Virus record (IMG/VR): IMGVR_UViG_3300036859_000816
Span: 32,001 to 96,000 of that record
Origin: a virus
DNA length: 64,000 bases
Direction: 5' to 3' (one strand)
The translations under genes and the position numbers were made by a program. The first letter of the stretch is position 1. Each line of letters starts with the position of its first letter. The notes beneath the pieces were generated by a model that was not told the DNA's origin, did not search any database, and saw nothing but the letters and a program-made list of their open reading frames with translations. Positions 45,644 through 55,420 of this stretch are shown here, in pieces.

Positions 45644-46182
45644 GCAATGCCTCGCAGCGGTACGGGTTGCAGCGGAGTCTGGTAGCTTAGATAGAGTGGA
45701 TGCTTCGGCTCGCCCAGGCCGTTCTTGGTTATTCCAAAGCACTGCAGCGGTATGCCGGCCGCCTGCAACATCGCGATCACGTCACGGCTACGCTGAACGA
45801 GGCAACCATGGTTTCCCCAGCCCGCGATAAATAGTTCCGACTTGCGCGCGGTTTCGAGCAGCCATCGGTCATTTTCGGCACCGACGCGTTCATCCGTTCG
45901 GTAGAGCTCGTTTGGATCGGTTGCCCGCCACGCAAAAAGATTAACGATGTCGCATCCGCCAAATCCCCAGCGTTTTGCGAAACCCACGCACTTGCGCACT
46001 GTCGGATCATCAGCCGTTTCGGCGGCTGTCGATGGGTTGAGCAGGCAGAAGACGCAGTAGCGCACGGGCCCAAACAACGCGGACGACCAACGGCGCGTCA
46101 GTACGTACCGGTACTTGCGATCCGAAGAAAGGATCGCGTAGGCCATGTAGCCGTGCAAGGACTCAATATTCAATTCAAGCAC
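45640..46182 (-). CDS. DUF1643 family protein
   Basis: YRYVLTRRW, LNPSTA..DDPT, VNLFAWRATDP, AGWG, PKHPLY. Confidence 0.85.
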   Translation of the reverse strand: MLELNIESLHGYMAYAILSSDRKYRYVLTRRWSSALFGPVRYCVFCLLNPSTAAETADDPTVRKCVGFAKRWGFGGCDIVNLFAWRATDPNELYRTDERVGAENDRWLLETARKSELFIAGWGNHGCLVQRSRDVIAMLQAAGIPLQCFGITKNGLGEPKHPLYLSYQTPLQPVPLRGIA

Positions 46183-46558
46183 GGCGGCGTATCTTCTTCC
46201 GTTCCGGTTTTTCGCGCACCGGTGACTTACGTGCGCCGTGCCGGAGCTCCGTCATGAGCGCGATCACTTGTTCGCTCAACATAAGCTCCAGGGCAGCTGC
46301 AGCACGCTCAGCGCTATCGTAGTCCTGCTCAGACATGAGATGACCGCTTAGTCCGGATGCGCTCTGCAGCGAGAACGTCCAACGCTGCGTGTAGCCACCG
46401 AGTCCGTCTACTTTATCCGGCCCGAGCCACAACGTCGAACGCTTGGAGTATCCAATTGGGAAAACGCGCAACTGGAGCTTTGCGACAAGCAAGACGAAGT
46501 CGCCGGTTGCGCGATGTCGCATGGGCTTACCGAACAGCATCGGTTTGCTCTTAGCCAT
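46175..46558 (-). CDS. Hypothetical protein
   Basis: Coupled ORF, 127 aa. Confidence 0.55.
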   Translation of the reverse strand: MAKSKPMLFGKPMRHRATGDFVLLVAKLQLRVFPIGYSKRSTLWLGPDKVDGLGGYTQRWTFSLQSASGLSGHLMSEQDYDSAERAAAALELMLSEQVIALMTELRHGARKSPVREKPERKKIRRRA

Positions 46559-46806
46559 CAGTCATCCTCATCATGAAGCGATGGGCCGTTAAATGGTCGC
46601 GTGCTGCGATTCTTCAAGACGTACTCGCGAACCGGCTTCGGTATTTGCTCAGGAAAATGATCGACATCCCAGTCGAGCAGTATTGCGTCGGCATCTCGCT
46701 GCGACAGGTGACCGTCGAGCACTTCCGCGTCGAGCAACATGCACACGATCTTGCGCTGACCGCGATCGTAATTGTGCATTCTACTAATGAGTTCGTTCAG
46801 TGTCAT
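46558..46806 (-). CDS. Hypothetical protein
   Basis: Start MTLNEL; TGATG coupling. Confidence 0.5.
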   Translation of the reverse strand: MTLNELISRMHNYDRGQRKIVCMLLDAEVLDGHLSQRDADAILLDWDVDHFPEQIPKPVREYVLKNRSTRPFNGPSLHDEDD

Positions 46807-46820
46807 GAGTGCCTGAGCTC

Positions 46821-47006
46821 TCATCCAAGCCAGGTGGGCCGCGGCGGCACAACGAACGTGATCGTTCGACCGCAGCCTGGGCACGTATGTTCGTAAGTGC
46901 CAGGTTCGAGCACGATCATGGTCGGCGGATTGTGCTCGGGATGCAGGCAAGGTTGCTGTTTGATCCATTGGTCGTGCTCTGGATCGTCAATCTTTCGAAG
47001 CGGCAT
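46821..47006 (-). CDS. Small Zn-ribbon protein
   Basis: CLHPEHNPP...HTCPGCG; RBS GGAG. Confidence 0.55.
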   Translation of the reverse strand: MPLRKIDDPEHDQWIKQQPCLHPEHNPPTMIVLEPGTYEHTCPGCGRTITFVVPPRPTWLG

Positions 47007-47364
47007 GGTGGTCTCCTTCCGGCAGCGGATCATCGGCGAATTCGAAACACTCGATGTGCGCGCCGTCGCGATCGTCGATGACTTCGAGCTTGTGGATCTG
47101 GAACAAGCCGCCCAGCGTCCAATCGCAGCCAACGCCATCGGTATGACGGCCTTCGCAGCTGAAGAAGATCCAGCTCGACGTGTCCCTGATTTCCGGGTTG
47201 CGCGCGGTGACGGATTCGTGCGACTGCACGTTGCCGCACTGAACACACCGAAACTTCCACTTACGCGGATCGTCGCCGTACAGTTCGCGACCGCGTTCCA
47301 ACCATTGTGGGCGAGTCATAGTGCGTGGCATGTCCTTCGTACACTGATAGATGTGAGCGATCAT
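46987..47364 (-). CDS. Zn-binding hypothetical phage protein
   Basis: WKFRCVQCGNVQS...SCEGR...GCDWTLGGLF. Confidence 0.7.
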   Translation of the reverse strand: MIAHIYQCTKDMPRTMTRPQWLERGRELYGDDPRKWKFRCVQCGNVQSHESVTARNPEIRDTSSWIFFSCEGRHTDGVGCDWTLGGLFQIHKLEVIDDRDGAHIECFEFADDPLPEGDHHAASKD

Positions 47365-47377
47365 GCTTACTTCTTTC

Positions 47378-48358
47378 TCATGCAGCTAGAAACATCGACG
47401 AGGATTCGTTGGATTCAACGTGCACGTAGTCACTCGTCGTCGTCAGACTCGCGTGGCCGAGTGTGTGCTGAACTAGATGCGCTGGTGCTCCTCGCCGCAA
47501 TGCGTGGCTCGCGTGCGCATGACGCAGCCAGTGCGGTGATGGCCGGTGTTGCAGATGCGCCGCTGTTGCCGCCGCGCACACGATATTCCAGCCGTCAGAT
47601 TGATGCAGCTGCCGGCCGCGCACGCTCTCGAAGACGATCGACGACAGCCGGGTCTTCTGCAACAGCTCGAAGTCCTTGATCAAACTGATCGGCAACGGAA
47701 CGTGCCGCGTCTTGCCGCCCTTGCCGTGCAAGGTCACGCGCAATCGATCCGTTTCCATGTGCAGCTCCGACCACTTCATCGCGAGCGCTTCAGAGATGCG
47801 AGCGCCCGAGAGATACAGGAACCGCAGCAACGTGCGGTCGCGTCCGGGAGCGGCGGCTTGAATCAGCGCGTAAACCTCGTCCTGGCTCAGGATCCGCTCA
47901 GCGAGCTGATTCGGTCGCCGAGGCGGCTTGACAGCGGCGCCGACATTGAACACGAGGTACCCAGTCTCGTGGGCAAATGACAACAGGCTCTTGACCGCAG
48001 AGATGCGCCGCGCATGCGAGGATACGGCGCCGTGGTCCCGCAGGTGCCGCTGGAAGGCCGTCAGGTGCGCCACTTTGACGTCCCGTAGCGTCGTCGGCCG
48101 CGCAGGCAGCTCATCGCTCGGCCGGTCCGGCAAGGCCGCCAGAAAGGCGCGGAACAGCTCCAGGTCGCCGCGGTACGCCCGCTGCGTTTGCACGCTGTCA
48201 TACCGGTCGAGCCACAGGATGATGAGCTCGGCGTCGGAGCCGGCTCCGGAGTAGTCCGGACGCTCGAAGACCTCGGTTGACGGCGGTGGCGCGCGGCGCA
48301 AGCCGAACGCGTCGAGCATACCAAGGACTTCGTTAATGGGTTGTCGCGACTCCGGCAT
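47378..48358 (-). CDS. Tyrosine recombinase/integrase (XerC/D-like)
   Basis: SGARISEA (R), GKGGKTR (K), HWLRH, LGH, terminal Y; N-terminal core-binding domain. Confidence 0.92.
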   Translation of the reverse strand: MPESRQPINEVLGMLDAFGLRRAPPPSTEVFERPDYSGAGSDAELIILWLDRYDSVQTQRAYRGDLELFRAFLAALPDRPSDELPARPTTLRDVKVAHLTAFQRHLRDHGAVSSHARRISAVKSLLSFAHETGYLVFNVGAAVKPPRRPNQLAERILSQDEVYALIQAAAPGRDRTLLRFLYLSGARISEALAMKWSELHMETDRLRVTLHGKGGKTRHVPLPISLIKDFELLQKTRLSSIVFESVRGRQLHQSDGWNIVCAAATAAHLQHRPSPHWLRHAHASHALRRGAPAHLVQHTLGHASLTTTSDYVHVESNESSSMFLAA

Positions 48359-48359
48359 G

Positions 48360-48689
48360 TTACTGCAACCGTCCGCGCTGCTGTTCACGGTACCGGACCA
48401 TGGCTTCATCGAAAGCTTCCGGATTCTGCAGATACGCGATGCCGCGCCAGTCTTGCGCAAGGTCTTGCCATTTCTTGCACTGCTCTTCCCAGAACTGGGC
48501 ACTTTTTCGCCACGTGCGTTCGGTGTCCCAGCGATGAAGCGCTGCTGCAGCGCAGAAGCCTGCTGCCAAACCGGAGGCGCTCGCCGTTAGAACGGAATGA
48601 TACCAGACGGCATTCCATATGAGGCACGCCAGGTTCGTCACGGCCAAAGCAATGTCTAACCACATCAACTTCCGGAAGGGATCCTTCAC
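48360..48689 (-). CDS. Small membrane protein
   Basis: Two hydrophobic helices then a charged tail; RBS AAGGAGG. Confidence 0.55.
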   Translation of the reverse strand: MKDPFRKLMWLDIALAVTNLACLIWNAVWYHSVLTASASGLAAGFCAAAALHRWDTERTWRKSAQFWEEQCKKWQDLAQDWRGIAYLQNPEAFDEAMVRYREQQRGRLQ

Positions 48690-48943
48690 TGCATGCCTCC
48701 TTGGAGCAGCGCAATAGCGACAAGCTCGTACTGCTCCCAACCATGTTCGGTCGGTGAAGCTCCTTGGTAGAGCAAGCCGCGCCCTGGCTCGAACGTCCAG
48801 AGCGGCGGCATTCCATCACGCCATTCCGTGTGCGTGTACAATGGCGTCGAGCTCTCGAAAGAACCGTGCGCCACTACCGGCATAGTGACCCGCGCGCCAG
48901 CGCGATGTAAGCGCAGCAAGTGCGTTGGAGCGAACGGTATCAC
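48686..48943 (-). CDS. Hypothetical protein
   Basis: Coupled ORF. Confidence 0.5.
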   Translation of the reverse strand: MIPFAPTHLLRLHRAGARVTMPVVAHGSFESSTPLYTHTEWRDGMPPLWTFEPGRGLLYQGASPTEHGWEQYELVAIALLQGGMQ

Positions 48944-49512
48944 TTGTGGTTAGTCTTCTTCTTATCCGGTCCGGGCAAGCGCAGCTTGTCCAACACCTCC
49001 GAACTCGTGAGAATCTTCGTTACGTTGCCCAGTCGAATCACACGGTCACGGAGTGCCGGCGTGCGGATTTCGCTCAAGCGAATCGCTTCGCGTGTCTCAT
49101 CCATCCGTTCGATCGCTCGGGCCATGCCGCGCGCATCTCGCTCGAACTCGACCTTCGCCAAGTCCTCATCGTCGATCGTTGCACGAATGCCGACGCCGCG
49201 CTTTGTTTCGATGGTCGCGTGGTGTGAGCGTTTCAGTATCCGTTTCGCATTCGGCTGGACGCGCTTGACGATCATTACGTAGTGGCTGTCGATCTTCGGC
49301 GTGTCCTTGAGCTGCAGCAGGATGCGAGCGATCACATTGAGCGCAGTGAAACGTTCGGGCATGTGTTTCGCCGCCCACAATAAGAAACTGACCAAGCGCT
49401 GAGGCATGGTCTCGTTCATGTTCACTTTGTAGTTGAACTCATCTAGCCCCTTGCGGCTGCCTTTGCCGCGCCGGAACAGATGGTTAGTGCGGTCATGGGA
49501 ATTTGTGTTCAT
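48940..49512 (-). CDS. Basic hypothetical protein
   Basis: 190 aa; RBS GGAG. Confidence 0.7.
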   Translation of the reverse strand: MNTNSHDRTNHLFRRGKGSRKGLDEFNYKVNMNETMPQRLVSFLLWAAKHMPERFTALNVIARILLQLKDTPKIDSHYVMIVKRVQPNAKRILKRSHHATIETKRGVGIRATIDDEDLAKVEFERDARGMARAIERMDETREAIRLSEIRTPALRDRVIRLGNVTKILTSSEVLDKLRLPGPDKKKTNHK

Positions 49513-49530
49513 GATGACTCTCCATTTCGG

Positions 49531-50913
49531 TTAGCGTTTGAACTGACGAATGTACTCTTCGAGGATCAGGCGAGCCTCTTGGATTGCTTGAAATTCAGCA
49601 CGCATCTCTTCCGTGTACTTGTCGCCGTGCTTGTCTGGATGAAGAGACGCGGACCGCGCATGAGCGCGGCGTTTGACCAGCATCGGATCCAGTTTTTTGC
49701 CAAACTCCGCTGCAATGCTCAGGATCTGACAGGCTTGTCCGAAGCGCCGCCGACCGATCGCCCCCAGGTTTTCGCGGCGCGCGTTTTCGGCGTGCTTGCG
49801 GACGGCCGCAAATAGATCGGTTACGCCGGTGTCGATCCAATCCGCGAAGTCCTGAATCGCCTTGTTGCGGATGTAATCATCAGCTTCGCTGAGCCGGTCC
49901 TTGATGAACTGCTCGGTGAGCAGACGAACCTGGTAACGAAAAGAGTCAGCATCTTTGCCGGCGTGACCGGATCGCGGAGCTGGCGCCGCTGATTTCGCAT
50001 ACGCTGGCGAAACGGATGCGGCCTTAGCGGACCACGAGCGGACCTTGGGACCTTTGGGACCTTTGGCCACGTTCTCGCGAACAACTTTGCCGTCATCGAG
50101 CGACCTCCGAACTTTGGAATTGTCATACTCAATCAGCGCTCGGTGTACAGCTTCCCGTAGAGCCATCTTCTGTTTTTTTGCGATAACGCGCGCGCGGATG
50201 GCGATGTTCTGGGTAGCTCCAAGGGTGAGATCGCGCTCCAGCCGGTACCAAATCTCATTGGCCGCTTCGCCCAACGAGTTGATGGAACGATGCCGCGCAT
50301 AGCAACCAGTTGATCCGCCGAGTAACTTCTGCAGCTGGTACTCGCGTCGCTCGCCCTTACCGTCCTTGTAAGAAATGAGACGCTTCTGAAGTAACCAGAG
50401 TTGCTCTTCACGGTCGGCGCGCTCCTGATGCGTCGACGTCTTGTCGAGAGCACGATACTCTGCGCACAGCTGTTCCACTTGTTGCGCAACCGTTGGCTTC
50501 TCCGTCGGCTTTTCAGTGACCGGTGTGGCCGGCTGAGTCTCCGGAACCATTTCCGGTTCAGCCGGGATCACGTCTTGCGCCACCGTGGATTTGCCATTCG
50601 AAGCCGCAATGATGGGCGTTACAATCGACCGATGGTGGGCCATGGCTAAATCAATCGCGACGTCCAGGTTCATATTACGACCCTCTTTTTGTAAGCGCTC
50701 AGCATGTGACGCGAGAACTGCTCGGATCTCATATTCTAACGCTGACCCTCCAAATTGGGCGACGAACCATGCCGTGCGCGTCGTGTTTCTACGTGGACAC
50801 TCAACGCAGTAATTCTTCCAGAGCTCGTGTTCTCGCTGGACGCGCTCCTTTTCGGTCAAGTCTAATTGCGTGCGCTTGTACTCCGCGCACAGCGCATCGA
50901 AGGATGCTGTCAT
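49531..50913 (-). CDS. Large protein with C-terminal J-domain-like module
   Basis: ACQILSI...SASLHPDKHG...EFQAIQEARLIL; internal repeat LCAEY x2. Confidence 0.75.
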   Translation of the reverse strand: MTASFDALCAEYKRTQLDLTEKERVQREHELWKNYCVECPRRNTTRTAWFVAQFGGSALEYEIRAVLASHAERLQKEGRNMNLDVAIDLAMAHHRSIVTPIIAASNGKSTVAQDVIPAEPEMVPETQPATPVTEKPTEKPTVAQQVEQLCAEYRALDKTSTHQERADREEQLWLLQKRLISYKDGKGERREYQLQKLLGGSTGCYARHRSINSLGEAANEIWYRLERDLTLGATQNIAIRARVIAKKQKMALREAVHRALIEYDNSKVRRSLDDGKVVRENVAKGPKGPKVRSWSAKAASVSPAYAKSAAPAPRSGHAGKDADSFRYQVRLLTEQFIKDRLSEADDYIRNKAIQDFADWIDTGVTDLFAAVRKHAENARRENLGAIGRRRFGQACQILSIAAEFGKKLDPMLVKRRAHARSASLHPDKHGDKYTEEMRAEFQAIQEARLILEEYIRQFKR

Positions 50914-51938
50914 GTTTGTTTCCCGTTCTGCATATCGATCTGCGCCTGAATCGCGGCTCGCTCAGCTTGCTCGTAGCCGTCGTTCGCCATGTTTTCCAAA
51001 AACAAGTTACGCAGCGCACCGTTCTCTGCGATATTGGCGTCCAACCGACGCAACACATGACCCCATTTGTCCTTTTGCATCGCAGCATTCTGCTGCATGG
51101 ACCCCAGCACGTTGGCGTTAAGGCCCGTGATCAGACCATGCAAATTCGACAACACAGTGACTAGCTCAGCCGAATATCGTTCGGTCTTGGTCAGTTCCTC
51201 GATACTCGACATCGTTGTTTTGAGCGTACGTTGCACGGCTTCAATGACCGTCTGTAGCGCCGCCATACGCTGCTCCATCTGGTCGATTCGCTTGGTGATC
51301 GAGCGATCCTTTTGCTCGACCTTCTCCTGTACCAAATCGATGGCCCCGAGAACTTCGTCTTGTCTGTCACTCAAGCCATTGAACTGGCTATCGAACTGGC
51401 GGTGGTTACTCGCTACGGCCTCGATAAGCGTATGAAAGCTGTCGATCAACGACCCGATACGGTTGTCTGCTTGTACAGGCTCAAGCAACTGATTGGTGGA
51501 GTTTTCCTCGGTCCTCGCGTTCTCAGCTGTCGCCGCCGCACCATCCTCGTCCACCAAGTGACGCCGCAAGACTTCCTCGAGTTGCTTGCCGGCAGGTTTC
51601 TTTGGAAAGACGAGAGCGGAGAGCATTGAGCCGTCGTAATCCGCGTAGTTGTTCAAGATTTCATTGAGTCGCTTTTTATCCGCGGGCGCGTAGCACTGCT
51701 GCCCATCATCAAGCGTTTTTTTGACCAAACCTTCATCGACCAACTGATCGAGGATTCGGCGCTGCCACTTGCGCGCTTGAGAACCAGTGGCCTCTTGGAA
51801 CTCAGTTGCAGTGCTGTTTTGCGGCAGTATAAAGATGTCCTTGAGTAAGAGAGGATTCGGCGCGTCGTACAAGGTCCCGATCCCCAAGAACGCTAACTTG
51901 ATCCGTGCTTTATCCCGTTGTGCGTGGTTGTTGGCCAT
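50910..51938 (-). CDS. Coiled-coil protein with possible N-terminal winged helix
   Basis: RRILDQLVDEGLVKK; long heptad region. Confidence 0.7.
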   Translation of the reverse strand: MANNHAQRDKARIKLAFLGIGTLYDAPNPLLLKDIFILPQNSTATEFQEATGSQARKWQRRILDQLVDEGLVKKTLDDGQQCYAPADKKRLNEILNNYADYDGSMLSALVFPKKPAGKQLEEVLRRHLVDEDGAAATAENARTEENSTNQLLEPVQADNRIGSLIDSFHTLIEAVASNHRQFDSQFNGLSDRQDEVLGAIDLVQEKVEQKDRSITKRIDQMEQRMAALQTVIEAVQRTLKTTMSSIEELTKTERYSAELVTVLSNLHGLITGLNANVLGSMQQNAAMQKDKWGHVLRRLDANIAENGALRNLFLENMANDGYEQAERAAIQAQIDMQNGKQT

Positions 51939-51949
51939 TTTGGTTAGAC

Positions 51950-52279
51950 TTATTCCTGTTTGAACCACCGTTTCAGCTGTTCCAGTACTCCGGCGACGTC
52001 CGGCTTTGTGAAGCGCGGAATATCCGGCGGCACGTACGCGCCAGCGTTACCGGTGTGTACGATGAAATGTTTGGGCTGATTCAAGGCGCCGTAAACGTCC
52101 ATCGCTGTGCCGTCGGGCAAATCGAAGTCGCAGACGACGGCATCTGGCGGCGGATACTTATGGTGCGTGACATCCCGAACCGATGCGGCCACACTGACTA
52201 GATAGCCCGCTCTGGTAAGCTGACGAAACAGCGCGCGCCGCACGAGGGCATCATCGTCGACAACGAGTATGCAAATCAT
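51950..52279 (-). CDS. Stand-alone response regulator receiver domain
   Basis: ILVVDDD, VCDFDLPDG (phospho-Asp), HTG, KP. Confidence 0.85.
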   Translation of the reverse strand: MICILVVDDDALVRRALFRQLTRAGYLVSVAASVRDVTHHKYPPPDAVVCDFDLPDGTAMDVYGALNQPKHFIVHTGNAGAYVPPDIPRFTKPDVAGVLEQLKRWFKQE

Positions 52280-52644
52280 TCGTAACCCTTTCTCTTGGTT
52301 GAACGGTCCCGTAAGCGCATGCCGGCTCGTCCGATCAAGACGACGTCGCCCGTGTCCAGCGAACATGCGAGCTGTTTGTCGTTCCAGTACAAATACAAGC
52401 ACCGCGCTTCACGCGTTCGCTCAACGGGACCAGGCAGCACAAACCATTCTCGCGACTTCAGCACGCTATGCGCCGCCTCAAGCGTTTGACGTCGTTCGAG
52501 CTCGAGATCCAGTCGGTGCCGCAGATGATCGAGCTCCTGCTGAGCCCAGTTCGGCAAGCGCCGCTCGCGGTCACTGAGCTTGCATGTGCACCGTATCTTG
52601 GCGCCATTCACAATCGGCAACTTGCAGAGCGGGCAGTGGTTCAT
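52276..52644 (-). CDS. Hypothetical protein
   Basis: ATGA coupling; CPLC; LPNWAQQEL. Confidence 0.55.
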   Translation of the reverse strand: MNHCPLCKLPIVNGAKIRCTCKLSDRERRLPNWAQQELDHLRHRLDLELERRQTLEAAHSVLKSREWFVLPGPVERTREARCLYLYWNDKQLACSLDTGDVVLIGRAGMRLRDRSTKRKGYE

Positions 52645-52862
52645 TTGCGGTTCTTGTGGCGCCACGCAACCATTGCAAGGGCGCATTGTTCTGCTTCGAC
52701 GATCTGTGTCTCATCGGTCTTACCGAGCAGATGCCTTATTTCGCACCAAAGGCGAACCAGCAAAGGCGCCACTGGGTCGCGTGCGAGCAAGACGAACATG
52801 GGCTCGTCGGGTTCAGCATTCTTGTAGCAATCGTAAGCGCCGGGATTGTTCTTAGTGGCCAC
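52641..52862 (-). CDS. Small phage protein
   Basis: EPDEPMFVLLARDPVAP; RBS AGGAG. Confidence 0.65.
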   Translation of the reverse strand: MATKNNPGAYDCYKNAEPDEPMFVLLARDPVAPLLVRLWCEIRHLLGKTDETQIVEAEQCALAMVAWRHKNRK

Positions 52863-52864
52863 GT

Positions 52865-53158
52865 TTACGCTCCTAATTTCTTGTCTTGCGCGGCCCTGAT
52901 AGCAGCGTCTTCGTGAGCCAGGTCCGCCTCGATGAGCTCGTAATTGTCGATTGCGAAGGAGAGCGCGTCGAAGATCGCGGATTTGCTGACGTGAGGGTAG
53001 CGCTTAATCAACTGTTCGACCGTCGCTCCGCCTCTGCTATAGAACGCCCAAACCCGGCGCACGGGAACGCGTGAGCCGACGATGTACGGACTTCCTCCAA
53101 GCACGTCAGTTTCCACGCGCACATGCGGATGCGACACCAGAACACGAATTGTCGTCAT
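52865..53158 (-). CDS. DUF433 (antitoxin-type HTH) protein
   Basis: VLGGSPYIVGSRVPV...EQLIKRYPHVSKSAIFDAL. Confidence 0.8.
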   Translation of the reverse strand: MTTIRVLVSHPHVRVETDVLGGSPYIVGSRVPVRRVWAFYSRGGATVEQLIKRYPHVSKSAIFDALSFAIDNYELIEADLAHEDAAIRAAQDKKLGA

Positions 53159-53361
53159 GATGACAGTTCCCAAAACTCGGCGCAGCGAGCCGTTCGTGTG
53201 CGCGTGTCAAAGAAGGCTTCGCGCCGTCCACCCACTTCGCTCAGTGCTCTACGTACAGCGGCCGGCACACGTCGTACCGGCTCGAAGCTACGCGCACCAA
53301 CACCAGTCCATCGAATGCGGTAGAACGAATCGCCGACAGCTGCGTAACGCACGATCATCGG

Positions 53362-53616
53362 TCACCCAGTCTCTTCCTTAGAAACATGAAGCGCGCAGCT
53401 GAACTTCGGCGCTGTGTACAGAGTCCCAGCGTCGTGGAACGAGCGCGTGAACGCTAACCGCTGCTTAGCCTGGGCAGGCCGATACTCTCCAGACGGCAGG
53501 ACGACGATGCCGTTGCATCGACGGTGCTTCGCCTTCGGATCGTTATCCTCCGGGCAATCGTAGTAGTACGGATCCTTTCCCCAATGCTTACAGGTGGAAC
53601 AGGTCTTCATCTTCAC
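53362..53616 (-). CDS. Small Cys-containing phage protein
   Basis: CSTCKHW...FSCALH. Confidence 0.55.
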   Translation of the reverse strand: MKMKTCSTCKHWGKDPYYYDCPEDNDPKAKHRRCNGIVVLPSGEYRPAQAKQRLAFTRSFHDAGTLYTAPKFSCALHVSKEETG

Positions 53617-53855
53617 ACGTACCTTTGCTGGCTGATTCGCTCGAGAACATCAGCTATGGCGTTAGCGTGAGCGCGATCTTGCTCGTCATTGGAGCGCGCC
53701 GGATCTCGCAACCAACGAACCACGCGCTCGACAACACGCTCGGGATACATGTCGGTCTTCGCCATTAGCGTGATGGCTAGATCGAACAGCACCACAGCAT
53801 CGACGGTGTCCCGGTCTGGTAGCTGGCTATGGTCAGACATCGGCGATGGCTTCAC
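53613..53855 (-). CDS. Hypothetical protein
   Basis: Coupled ORF. Confidence 0.5.
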   Translation of the reverse strand: MKPSPMSDHSQLPDRDTVDAVVLFDLAITLMAKTDMYPERVVERVVRWLRDPARSNDEQDRAHANAIADVLERISQQRYV

Positions 53856-53952
53856 GTTTGGTCATTGTTCTTCCCGTTGTGGCTCAGTGACCTCAGGTGC
53901 CAGGGGCTGATAACGTCACTTATCAAGTGTTGGTACGCGCCAGCAAGATCAT

Positions 53953-54135
53953 TTATTTCTGCGGTTTCTTGGCCCCAGCGGATGGCAGCTCCAAATCCAA
54001 GAAAATCCGCGCTCGGACATACGTGGACCGCGTCATGCCTGCCGCGGCCGCAGCTCGGTCCAGCTGTAGCCGTTCCTGGCGTGACAACAGCATGGTAAAG
54101 CGCTGCGGACGGTCTGTGCTTTGCTTTTTCTTCAT
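53953..54135 (-). CDS. Ribbon-helix-helix regulator
   Basis: RFTMLLSRQERLQLDRAAAAAGMTRSTYVR. Confidence 0.65.
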   Translation of the reverse strand: MKKKQSTDRPQRFTMLLSRQERLQLDRAAAAAGMTRSTYVRARIFLDLELPSAGAKKPQK

Positions 54136-54141
54136 GTTTGG

Positions 54142-54158
54142 TTACCATATCATGGTAA
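54142..54158. promoter_or_regulatory. Palindromic operator TTACCAT-ATC-ATGGTAA in a divergent intergenic region
   Basis: Perfect 7-bp inverted repeat 6 nt upstream of the RHH start, with TTGACG on the - strand at 54171-54166. Confidence 0.55.
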
Positions 54159-54271
54159 GACGCACCGTCAAGCAAAAGGAAGCAACGCTTCAACGGCCGC
54201 GTAGGATTCTGCAATCGGGCACGATGCCCGCCCGGGCGACACGACGTTGCCCACAACGAAAGAAGGTAACG

Positions 54272-54580
54272 ATGGCAAGAATTAACCTAGGTGGCGGACG
54301 CTGGTTTGACACCGACAAAGCCGAGTGTTTCGAAGAAGACACCAGATTTAATGGCAACAACCACATCTCCGTCGCGACCGGCACGCAGTGGGATCACGAG
54401 GAGTTGTATCGCACGGCCAAAGGCATGTGGATCAAACACAGCTGGTCGCAGTGGCAGGGATCCACGCCGCACTACGGCGAGATGGATGAGGACGAAGCGC
54501 GGCAATGGTTGATCGATCAAGACCATGGCGACGATGTCGAGCGCTTCTGGCCCGGCGAGCTCGCTGCCGCAGAGGTCTGA
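54272..54580 (+). CDS. Hypothetical phage protein
   Basis: RBS GAAGG; EELYRTAKGMW...EARQWL. Confidence 0.7.
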   Translation: MARINLGGGRWFDTDKAECFEEDTRFNGNNHISVATGTQWDHEELYRTAKGMWIKHSWSQWQGSTPHYGEMDEDEARQWLIDQDHGDDVERFWPGELAAAEV

Positions 54581-54835
54581 CGCTTCCGCAACCTGCCGCG
54601 CGGCGCGAGTCACGCGGCAGACGCGGGCGCCAGCCCGAGAAAGTCGCAAATGATGCCCATCGAAGAGCTGGTCGAGTTTTTGGCGTCACAAGACGATGCA
54701 GTCATCTGGCGCAACGGAACCGAACTTCGCACGGGCAACGGTTTGATCTACATTCGGTCGTGCCAAGGTCGCGAGCTACGCGGCGATAGCTGGCAACCGC
54801 GGTACACGTGGCATCGACTCTATTAGGAGCAATCA

Positions 54836-55420
54836 ATGGCACAGCTGAAACCCGCACAATATCTAGCTCGCGATCTTGCCGAAGCGCTCGGCGATGACTG
54901 GCACTGGAAAAAACCAGACGAGGACCATGTGACGGGTTTCATCGACGGTCCGGACGGACGCCAGCTCGCCGTACACGTCCAGACGTACGGCGCTCAAGAG
55001 GGTAAGAAGGGTGAGATCAGTGGCCTGCTACCGCAGCGCGACGCAAAGGGCGACTACTTCAGCACCAGTATCGAACGGCCATCGATCGGCTTCACCGTCG
55101 CTCGTGGCGTGGACGCTATCGCTCGCGACGTACAGCGACGCTTGCTGCCGGCGTACGAGACGGCTTTTCAGCGAACGCAGGAAGCTCTGGCGCGGCGTAA
55201 CGAGTACCTCGCGGAGACGACGGACAGCATTGCCGGCATACTCGAGGCCGTTCCCGGGCTCGAGTGGCGGCGCCATCGCGAGGAATCGAGCGCATCCTTC
55301 GACCTAGAGGGCGCGGGCTGGGGCGATATCAAGGCACACGGCGACAGCGTTTCGCTGGAAGTTCGCAGCTTGAGCCGTGAGCAGGTTATCCGGATGTTGC
55401 AAGCCCTCAGCGAAGGCTGA
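54836..55420 (+). CDS. Hypothetical protein
   Basis: RBS AGGAG; 194 aa. Confidence 0.75.
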   Translation: MAQLKPAQYLARDLAEALGDDWHWKKPDEDHVTGFIDGPDGRQLAVHVQTYGAQEGKKGEISGLLPQRDAKGDYFSTSIERPSIGFTVARGVDAIARDVQRRLLPAYETAFQRTQEALARRNEYLAETTDSIAGILEAVPGLEWRRHREESSASFDLEGAGWGDIKAHGDSVSLEVRSLSREQVIRMLQALSEG

